Below are positions 1 through 6,216 of a DNA stretch of 11,236 nucleotides, piece after piece. The DNA is from an uncultured cyanobacterium. Its GTDB lineage: Bacteria > Cyanobacteriota > Cyanobacteriia > Leptolyngbyales > Leptolyngbyaceae. Made by a program: the position numbers and the translations under genes. The notes beneath the pieces are model-generated. The model was not told the origin of the DNA and searched no databases. It saw only the letters and a program-made list of their open reading frames with translations. Location of the stretch: assembly GCA_963766075.1 (NCBI GenBank), contig CAVYAN010000055.1, forward strand, positions 1 through 11,236. Reading direction: 5' to 3'. Every line of letters starts with the position of its first letter. Positions within the stretch are counted from its first letter, which is position 1.

Positions 1-54
1 TTATGCTGTTCGCGTTATGGATTGTGGCAGTAGTTTGAAAGCTCTTGATAGAAA

Positions 55-705
55 TTAAAACACAGGATCAGACCAAGCACATGTTAAGTAGAGTAGTAGA
101 AGATCGGAAATCTCTTGCTCGAACCGGCTATTACTCACAAAACTTGGATGTTCGGTCGCGGCTGAGTGGCATAACGACTCAACCGTTCGACCTAAGATGA
201 AGACAGTCATTTCAAGATTTTGAGGATAAATACGTTGGTGAAGAGAATCGCGCCACCGTATAAGATACGCCCGTAGCAGTTCTGTAATGCGCGCATCCGC
301 GTTCTTCATTTGCTGCAACCGCTCTGAACGCGGAATCTCCTCGTTCAATACTTGGTGAAGACGAGGATCGATAGCATGAGCAGCAATGACTGCTCTTACA
401 AGTTCAGGGATGGCGGTCTCTAATGGTGCATCGAATAAATGTCGGAGTTTTGATTCCACTAATTCAGCAATTTCATTAGAATGTTGCTCCATCAAGGCAG
501 CTATCAAGGATTGCTTGTTCGGAAAGTACTGGTATAACGAGCCAATACTGATTCCTGCTCGTTCTGCAATGCGATTGGTGTTAGCTTTATCGTAGCCCTC
601 CTCCGTCAAAATGTGAGTCGTTGCCTCTAGAATCGCTTCAACGGTCATGTGAGAACGGTCTTGCTGCGGGAGTTTACGGGGGGCTGTGGAACGTTTGCGC
701 GGCAT
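55..705 (-). CDS. TetR/AcrR family transcriptional regulator
   Basis: N-terminal HTH signature: PQQDRS..TVEAILEA..ILTEEGYDKANTNRIAERAGISIGSLYQYFPNKQSL; 216 aa; divergent from the 789 ORF. Confidence 0.95.
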   Translation of the reverse strand: MPRKRSTAPRKLPQQDRSHMTVEAILEATTHILTEEGYDKANTNRIAERAGISIGSLYQYFPNKQSLIAALMEQHSNEIAELVESKLRHLFDAPLETAIPELVRAVIAAHAIDPRLHQVLNEEIPRSERLQQMKNADARITELLRAYLIRWRDSLHQRIYPQNLEMTVFILGRTVESLCHSAATEHPSFVSNSRFEQEISDLLLLYLTCAWSDPVF

Positions 706-718
706 AGAAATCTCTCCA

Positions 719-781
719 TCAAATGCGAGTTGCCAGACATGAGTAATAACTCATATCATACGAATAATCACTCGCATTTGA
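719..781. promoter_or_regulatory. Nested palindromic TetR-type operator overlapping a divergent promoter
   Basis: Perfect 12-bp inverted repeat TCAAATGCGAGT (719-730) / ACTCGCATTTGA (770-781) enclosing ATGAGT-N4-ACTCAT (739-754). Candidate + strand sigma70 promoter TTGCCA (730-735)-N18-TATCAT (754-759). Confidence 0.75.
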
Positions 782-788
782 GCAAGGC

Positions 789-1181
789 ATGATGAATTTA
801 CCTCAATACCGTGTTTTTGTTTGCACGAAGCAACGCTCTGAAAACCCCCCAGAGAGCTGTTGCTGTAACGCAGGTGCATTGGAACTCTACCAAGCCTTTC
901 AAGCTGAAATTCAGAAGCGGCAACTCAGCAATCTCATTGAAGTTTGTCGATCTGGGTGTTTGGATAGTTGTGAGGCTGGAGCAGTTGCATTAGTCTACCA
1001 ACCGCGCCAGCATGAGTTTGCTTGGCTCCCTACAAAGTTACGGCTGAAATTACAACGGTTCTTTACTTCTCAACGGTGTCTGTATGGTCATCTGACTTGT
1101 GATGATGTTCCTGCAATCGTTGACAGCCACTTTGTTCAGGGACAGGCACTAAAACGCTGTCAAATTTCCACCCATTCGTGA
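789..1181 (+). CDS. Thioredoxin-like [2Fe-2S] ferredoxin family protein with an insertion
   Basis: RVFVC12...SCCC24-26...SGC57LDSC61..G...VY.P...YGHLT.DDVPAIVDSHF matches the Trx-like 2Fe-2S ferredoxin pattern, with about 22 extra residues between VYQP and YGHL. Confidence 0.85.
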   Translation: MMNLPQYRVFVCTKQRSENPPESCCCNAGALELYQAFQAEIQKRQLSNLIEVCRSGCLDSCEAGAVALVYQPRQHEFAWLPTKLRLKLQRFFTSQRCLYGHLTCDDVPAIVDSHFVQGQALKRCQISTHS

Positions 1182-1194
1182 AATAGGAGGCAAT

Positions 1195-1591
1195 ATGCCA
1201 ATAACTGATAAAAAGAAGCTAAACCATGTCTACTTCATGCTGGTCAATACCTGCGGCGGTTTGTGGCTGTTGGCTTGTGGCTGCTGCCCTCGTTGGTTTG
1301 AGAGGTCTTATGAATAACTACTTACAAGATCAGGCTCGCTTGAATGCGCTCATCGCTAGCGGCAGTGCGGCAGAAGTCGATCAGTTTATGAAGGCTCTGC
1401 ATGCCCAGTATCACAGAAGCCCCGTGCAGCACATCAAAGTGCATGTGGACTGGATGCGGGTGTATCTCCTCCGCAAGTCGTATCATAAGGTGTTGGGGCA
1501 TGCCTTTGCTGGCTTCATCTTCGCCGTACCTGCCTCGCTGCTAGAAAAATATGCTGGGCTAGTAGTCCCTGCGTTTAAGAACAAGCATTGA
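1195..1591 (+). CDS. Hypothetical membrane-associated His-rich protein (probable true start 1195, apparent +1 frameshift near 1262-1282; ORF track 1226..1591)
   Basis: Strong RBS AGGAGG (1185-1190) precedes ATG 1195, whose frame stops at 1317. Removing 1 or 7 nt in the TGTGGCT-GTTGGCT-TGTGGCT tract joins it to the 1226-1591 frame (~130 aa). Hydrophobic N-terminal segment; HAQYH, HIKVH and HKVLGH motifs. Confidence 0.6.
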
Positions 1592-1596
1592 TAGAT

Positions 1597-1663
1597 ATGT
1601 CCCAAGGCGTTGCACCCGATGCCTTTGCTACGGCGCGGGGTCGGATGAACTTAGGTGTCATGC
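1597..1663 (+). mobile_element. Degenerate attC site
   Basis: Starts 5 nt after the upstream stop codon. L''-like GTT[G]CACCCGA (1609-1619) pairs 9/10 with TCGGATGAAC (1641-1650), followed by a 6-nt spacer and R'-like GTCATGC (1657-1663). R'' has decayed (ATGTCCC). Confidence 0.5.
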
Positions 1664-1793
1664 CAAACCCGATAGGCTCGACAAAATTGTCATTTTTCAG
1701 TCTCAAAAAAGCACTCAAAGATGACTGGCTTCGCTGATGAGTTCCGAGAGATGATTGGCGATCGCAGAGGTAAATAATTGATAAGCGATCGCT

Positions 1794-1881
1794 GCATAAC
1801 AAATCATTGGAGCGGACAATATTGTGATAGTTTGGTGTTGAGTTGAGGGAGGTGAATTGCCGCTCAATTTGGTCGTTATGC
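1794..1881 (+). mobile_element. attC recombination site (88 bp)
   Basis: R'' GCATAAC (1794-1800), 5-nt spacer, left arm ATTG[G]AGCGG[A]CAAT (1806-1820) complementary to ATTGCCGCTCAAT (1856-1868) with two extrahelical bases, 6-nt spacer, R' GTTATGC (1875-1881) fully complementary to R''. Confidence 0.9.
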
Positions 1882-1912
1882 GGCGGTAATTCCGGTTTGA
1901 GGTCTTAACAAA

Positions 1913-2203
1913 ATGAATGATCAAGATAAGGTGCATGCTTCTGAGCAAATTATGGGTGAAGTAATTAATGTTATGGTTGGTGCCACATGGGTTATCTCAG
2001 GCTCTATCTTGGTGGCGGGAGCGTTAATTGGCGTTGCTGCATTTAATGTGTCTGCTGCGATGCAATCACCAATTCCCTGGTGGGTAATGGCTCCAAGCGT
2101 TATTGTTCCTCTTGCTTGGGGTTCCCGGAATATTTGGTTTGGAGCACAGGAATTTGTGGATATCTACAGTCGCCGATTAGTCAATACCAGACACAGATTC
2201 TGA
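1913..2203 (+). CDS. Hypothetical small membrane protein (about 2 TM segments), cassette ORF
   Basis: 96 aa with hydrophobic stretches VINVMVGATWVISGSILVAGALIGVAAF and IPWWVMAPSVIVPLAW. Starts about 30 nt after the attC R' site, with GAGGT upstream. Confidence 0.65.
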   Translation: MNDQDKVHASEQIMGEVINVMVGATWVISGSILVAGALIGVAAFNVSAAMQSPIPWWVMAPSVIVPLAWGSRNIWFGAQEFVDIYSRRLVNTRHRF

Positions 2204-2253
2204 TCCGTCAGGTAAATGCCTGCTGCCAATGCTGCCACTGGCGTTGTAGGCTA

Positions 2254-2259
2254 TATAAT
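2254..2259 (+). promoter_or_regulatory. Putative -10 element for a leaderless rpn transcript
   Basis: Perfect TATAAT 6 nt before ATG 2266, with no Shine-Dalgarno in between. Confidence 0.5.
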
Positions 2260-2265
2260 TCCTTG

Positions 2266-3028
2266 ATGTATGATGATACCTGCCGTTTTCTCGCCGAAAA
2301 CTTCTCCGCCGACTTTGCTAGTTGGTTACTGGGAGAACCTGTTGCCATGACAGAATTAAAGCCATCGGAACTGCTCCCTGGGATTTATCCGTGCCGATGC
2401 CATGATTCTGCTTCAATCCGATGACTCAATTCTCCATATTGAGTTTCAAACGTTACCCAAAAAGAATATCCCGTTTCGAATGCTGGATTATCGCGTGCGG
2501 GGACATCGGTGCTATGAAGACAAAGCCATGCGGCAGGTGGTGATCTATCTAAAGCCCACTACTTCTGAACTTGCCTATCAAACGAGTTTTTCTTTAGAGA
2601 CTACCCGTCACGAATTTCAGGTAGTTCGGCTGTGGGAACAACCCTCCTCAGCGTTTCTTGAATATCCTGGGCTTCTACCATTCGCCGCATTGGGAGAGTG
2701 TGCGGACCCGGCAGAGATGTTGCGCCAAGCGACTCAAGTGGTCGATCAGATTGAAGACCAGACAACTCAATCGAATTTAATGGCTGCCTCAGCGATTCTG
2801 GCTGGGTTAAGATTAGAAGAGGACGTAATTTACCGTTTAGTACGGAGGGACATCATGCAAGAGTCTGTAATTTACCGTTCAATTCAGGTTGAAAAGACTC
2901 GGGAAATCGCGCTCAATCTTTTACGGGGAGGCGTGGATATCAGTCTTATTGCGTCTTCAACAGGTTTATCGGTTGAGGAAATCCGTCAACTTCAGCAGCA
3001 AGTAGGAGATAAATCTCCACAAAGCTAA
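2266..3028 (+). CDS. Rpn/YhgA-like PD-(D/E)xK nuclease (cyanobacterial Rpn family), net +1 frameshift at ~2371-2389
   Basis: MYDDTCRFLAENFSADFASWLLGEP..TELKPSEL in one frame continues as IRADAMILLQSDDSILHIEFQT..PFRMLDYRVR..QVVIYL..VRLWEQ..GLLPFAAL in the next. The C-terminus EIALNLL..G.DISLIASSTGLSVEEI is typical of the family. About 253 aa when joined. Confidence 0.85.
2855..3028 (+). CDS. Putative internally initiated small C-terminal Rpn protein (RpnS-like antitoxin, 57 aa)
   Basis: GGAGG at 2844-2848, 6 nt before the in-frame ATG 2855 (MQESVIYRSIQVEK...). Confidence 0.55.
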   Translation: MQESVIYRSIQVEKTREIALNLLRGGVDISLIASSTGLSVEEIRQLQQQVGDKSPQS

Positions 3029-3050
3029 ATTAATCTGTGCGGCGATCACA

Positions 3051-3135
3051 GCATAACAACCCGGCTGAAGCGGAATGGCAGAAACTGGGGCAAAATTCGA
3101 GAATCGTCTGCATCCGCTTAGCCGGACCGTTAGAT
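3051..3135 (+). mobile_element. attC recombination site (85 bp), last in the array
   Basis: R'' GCATAAC (3051-3057), left arm CCGGCT[G]AAGCGGA[A]TG[G]CAGA (3061-3082) complementary to TCTGCATCCGCTTAGCCGG (3107-3125), R' GTTAGAT (3129-3135) fits GTTRRRY. Lies 22 nt after the rpn stop codon. Confidence 0.88.
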
Positions 3136-3145
3136 TTAATTGGGT

Positions 3146-4504
3146 TTAAGGGGTGGAGATTGCCGATTGACTGGCAGTCATTAAATCGTCTAGTTCGGCG
3201 TAGTCGGGGAGGGTGCTATCGATGAGTTTACCGTCGCGCAGGATGATGCGATCGCGCTGTCCCCGAGACAACAATTCGCTGTAATTGCGGGCTTTGAACA
3301 GCACCAGATTGGCCGGGAGGCCCACGCCAATTCGGCCCATTGTGGGTAGACCCATCAAATCGGCGGGAGTGGTGGTGATCGCGCGGCTCCAGTCGCCAAA
3401 GGGGCGATCGAGGTGGGCAATCTTGGCGGAGAGGCTAAATACTTCTAGAGCATCGTGATCGCCATAGCCATAGAAGGGATCACGGCAGTTGTCGCTGGCG
3501 ATCGCCACGGGGACACCCGCCTGCTTTAACTCATGCACTAGGGTGACGCCGCGCCAGTGAGGCGTGTGGTTGGGCTGGCGATCTTGGAGGTACAGGTTGC
3601 ACATCGGCAGACTGACGATGCCAATGCCCGCTTGCTTGACCAGGGCAATGGTTTGGGCGGCGACGGCGGGTGGTTGCACGGCGAGACTGCAACAGTGACC
3701 ACAGACAACGCGCCCCTGGTATTTGTGGCGTAGGGTGGTTTTGGCGATGTGGTGCAGGGCTTGGGAGGCCGGATCGTTATTTTCGTCCGCATGGAAATCC
3801 AACGACAACTGGCGATCCTTGGCGATCGCAAATACCCGCTCCAACTGGGTGTCGATCTCCGCGTTCATGATGGCTAACCCACCAATAATGCCCCCAGGAA
3901 CGGTGGCCATGAGATCGGCAAGCTGTTCGCCTTCTGGGGTCAGGAAATACTCCAACGGCACTAAACAGGCAGCTTGCAGGGTCAGGCGATCGGCCCAGGC
4001 CGCTTGCAGACTTTGGAAGACTTCTAGACTAATGGTCCCCTGATGGCCGGAGGCGTCAATGTGGGTCCGAATGGCCTGGGTGCCATGGGCGTAGCTGCAC
4101 TTCAGGCCAAATTCCATGCGGCGATAGACATCCTCTGCCTGCCAATATTTGGCCGCGTCCTGTTTGGCGGCGGAAAGGGCACTGCCAAAGGTGCCGTCGG
4201 GGTTGGGGGTACGCTCCCAAATGTGCCCCTTATCCAAATGGGTGTGCAAATCGACAAAACAGGGCCATACCAGGCCACCCCGCAAATCCAAAGAGGGAGC
4301 ACCGTAGTCCGTCAGGGTGCCAGCAGTGGCAATGCTGGCGATCGCCCCCTCGACAATCTCAATATCGACCGATAAAAATTCGTCGGTTTGGGCCATGGCC
4401 CACTGGCGATTGCGGCCCTGCTTGCTGCGCACCATTAGGGGAGCGGGGATGCGGGCGTGGGTTAACCAGTAGTGGTCCGTGTCGAAGAGGGTGTCGAAGG
4501 GCAT
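3146..4504 (-). CDS. codA: Cytosine deaminase-like metal-dependent amidohydrolase
   Basis: Amidohydrolase motifs VDLHTHLDK, IRTHID, DFHADE, GHCCSL and ASDNCRDPF; 452 aa. Exact substrate uncertain. Confidence 0.85.
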   Translation of the reverse strand: MPFDTLFDTDHYWLTHARIPAPLMVRSKQGRNRQWAMAQTDEFLSVDIEIVEGAIASIATAGTLTDYGAPSLDLRGGLVWPCFVDLHTHLDKGHIWERTPNPDGTFGSALSAAKQDAAKYWQAEDVYRRMEFGLKCSYAHGTQAIRTHIDASGHQGTISLEVFQSLQAAWADRLTLQAACLVPLEYFLTPEGEQLADLMATVPGGIIGGLAIMNAEIDTQLERVFAIAKDRQLSLDFHADENNDPASQALHHIAKTTLRHKYQGRVVCGHCCSLAVQPPAVAAQTIALVKQAGIGIVSLPMCNLYLQDRQPNHTPHWRGVTLVHELKQAGVPVAIASDNCRDPFYGYGDHDALEVFSLSAKIAHLDRPFGDWSRAITTTPADLMGLPTMGRIGVGLPANLVLFKARNYSELLSRGQRDRIILRDGKLIDSTLPDYAELDDLMTASQSAISTP

Positions 4505-4506
4505 GG

Positions 4507-4540
4507 GGCGATTGGCGATTTTGGATTGGCGATTTTGGAT
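4507..4540. repeat. Heptamer STRR-type tandem repeat (GGCGATT/TTGGATT)
   Basis: GGCGATT GGCGATT TTGGATT GGCGATT TTGGAT directly upstream of the codA start codon. Confidence 0.8.
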
Positions 4541-4553
4541 CGAGTCTTTCTGG

Positions 4554-4605
4554 GCGTTTCACTGGAGCGTTTCACTGGGGCATTTCACTGGAGCGTTTCA
4601 CTGGG
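4554..4605. repeat. 4 x 13-bp tandem repeat GCRTTTCACTGGR
   Basis: Units at 4554, 4567, 4580 and 4593. The last unit contains the TGA stop of the DMT gene on the minus strand. Confidence 0.9.
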
Positions 4606-4939
4606 GCTTCTCGCTGAAAATCAGGTAGGCTGCCCCGGCCAAGAGCATCGCCGCTAGAAAATAGTTGCGGGTAATGGGAACTTTCATATACCCCACGCTA
4701 AAGCCCGCAAATACCACCATGGCGATGACCTCTTGCAGCACTTTGAGCTGGGGCAAGCTGAAATAGTGGGAGCCAATGCGGTTGGCGGGCACTTGAAAGC
4801 AGTATTCAAAAAAGGCGATCGCCCAACTGACGGCGATCGCCACCCACAGAGGTGCTCCCCGCAAATCCTTCAAATGCCCGTACCAGGCAAAGGTCATGAA
4901 AATGTTAGAGATCAGCAGAAATAGAATCGGTTGAAACAT
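4598..4939 (-). CDS. DMT family small membrane protein (DUF486/DMT_6 type)
   Basis: LLISNIFMTFAWYGHLK...SWAIAFFEYCFQVPANRIG..FSLPQLKVLQEVI matches the family signature; about 4 TM, 113 aa. Confidence 0.9.
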   Translation of the reverse strand: MFQPILFLLISNIFMTFAWYGHLKDLRGAPLWVAIAVSWAIAFFEYCFQVPANRIGSHYFSLPQLKVLQEVIAMVVFAGFSVGYMKVPITRNYFLAAMLLAGAAYLIFSEKPQ

Positions 4940-4988
4940 TCAGCCCTGTAGGTGAGCGAGCGGTTGATCAAGGCCAAAACCCAATTGG

Positions 4989-6113
4989 CTATCGGGGTAA
5001 AACCTGCTGCAAGGTAGTGAGGAAGCGATCGACGACTTCTTTGCGGCTGTTGTAGCCCATTAAGCCGACCCGCCACACTTGACCGGCCAGTTCTCCCAAA
5101 CCACCCCCAATTTCCAAGTTGTATTCCTGGAGCAGCTTTTGGGCAATGGCTTTGCCATCCACGCCGGGAGGAATGCGGACTGTGGTTAGGGTGGGCAGGC
5201 GAAACTCTGGCGCAACGTGCAGAGTCAGGCCCATGTCCTCTAAGCCTGCCCATAGGTAAGCCGCTGTGTCTTGATGGCGCTGCCAGCGGGCTTCTATCCC
5301 TTCCTCCGCCACCAACCGTAGGGCCTCCCGCAGACCGTAGTAGAGATTAATCGGGGCCGTGTGGTGATAGGTGCGCTCCGGTCCCCAGTATTTGCCCAAA
5401 AGGTTCATGTCCAAGTACCAATTGGCCACGGGCTGCGATCGCTGCTGCAACTTTTCCCACGCCCGAGCACTCAGGGTAAAAGGCGACGCACCGGGCGCAC
5501 AGCCCAGGCCCTTTTGGCTACAGCTATAGGCCAGATCGACACCCCACTCGTCCAGGAAAATTGGCACACCGCCCAAACTGGTTACGGTGTCAATCAGCAA
5601 CAAGCAGTCGAATTCACGACACAGATCGCCAACTCCCTCTAGCGGCTGTCGTGCCCCGGTCGAGGTTTCGGCATGGACCAGAGCCAAAATCTTGGGCCGA
5701 TGGGTAGTCAGTGCGGTGCGAAGTTCCTCCAGGCTAAACACCTGTCCCCAAGACTGAGTAATTTTGCGAACATCCGCGCCGTAGCGACCCGCCATATCCA
5801 CTAAGCGGTGGCCAAAATATCCCGCCACACCAATCAACACCACGTCACCAGGAGCGATCGCATTGGCGATCGCCGCTTCCATCGCCGCGCTGCCCGTGCC
5901 ACTGACCGCCAGCGTCAGCGCATTCTGCGTTTGCCAGGTGTAGCGCAGCAACGCTTGAATTTCGTCCATCAGGTGCAGAAAGGTTGGATCGAGGTGCCCC
6001 ACGGGGGACAACCCCATGGCATGCAGCACCGCCGGATCTGCATTGGACGGTCCGGGGCCAAGCAGCAAGCGCGTTGGCGGGTTAAGCGGGGCTAGAGAAG
6101 GTGGGGATTGCAT
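4989..6113 (-). CDS. Alanine-glyoxylate / serine-pyruvate aminotransferase (class V PLP enzyme)
   Basis: LLLGPGPS, SGTGSAAME, HAETSTG, DTVTSLG, SCSQKGL (PLP lysine), YHHTAP, WRVGLMG; 374 aa. Confidence 0.95.
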   Translation of the reverse strand: MQSPPSLAPLNPPTRLLLGPGPSNADPAVLHAMGLSPVGHLDPTFLHLMDEIQALLRYTWQTQNALTLAVSGTGSAAMEAAIANAIAPGDVVLIGVAGYFGHRLVDMAGRYGADVRKITQSWGQVFSLEELRTALTTHRPKILALVHAETSTGARQPLEGVGDLCREFDCLLLIDTVTSLGGVPIFLDEWGVDLAYSCSQKGLGCAPGASPFTLSARAWEKLQQRSQPVANWYLDMNLLGKYWGPERTYHHTAPINLYYGLREALRLVAEEGIEARWQRHQDTAAYLWAGLEDMGLTLHVAPEFRLPTLTTVRIPPGVDGKAIAQKLLQEYNLEIGGGLGELAGQVWRVGLMGYNSRKEVVDRFLTTLQQVLPR

Positions 6114-6150
6114 GGTTTTACCAGGAGAGAAGGATATGAAAGGACTTGAA

Positions 6151-6216
6151 AATTAAAAATACAAAATGGGGTCAAAGTGATCTACTTTTTTAATTTTTAA
6201 TTTTGCATTTTTAATT
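6151..6216. repeat. AT-rich heptamer-built inverted repeat between the 2OG oxygenase and the aminotransferase
   Basis: AATTAAAAATACAAAAT (6151-6167) vs ATTTTGCATTTTTAATT (6200-6216): 16/17 complementary, plus extra TTTTAAT units. The right arm overlaps the last codons of the 2OG gene. Confidence 0.6.

Larger units (their letters stand above)
1..3135 (+). mobile_element. Integron gene-cassette array (distal end; CALIN, or the tail of an integron whose intI lies left of the window)
   Basis: Two canonical attC sites and one degenerate one, all in the same orientation. ORFs end shortly before R'' or start shortly after R'. The block is lower in GC and has few HIP1 sites compared with the rest of the window. 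No integrase ORF in the window. Confidence 0.8.

Noticed and set aside
2218..2251. Imperfect hairpin GCCTGCTGCCA...TGGCGTTGTAGGC between the 1913 ORF and rpn, considered as another attC
   Set aside because: No AAC-containing R'', no GTTRRRY at the right spacing, and too short. At most a weak stem-loop.
2080..2265. N-terminal part of the 2080..2424 ORF
   Set aside because: It overlaps the 1913 gene and the promoter. Only the portion from Met 2266 resembles Rpn.
2266..3028. rpn as an IS transposase with element ends
   Set aside because: No terminal inverted repeats or target-site duplication visible, and the family is not known to be a true transposase.
4507..4605. Repeats considered as a CRISPR array
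   Set aside because: The 7- and 13-bp units are directly tandem with no spacers, and there are no cas genes.
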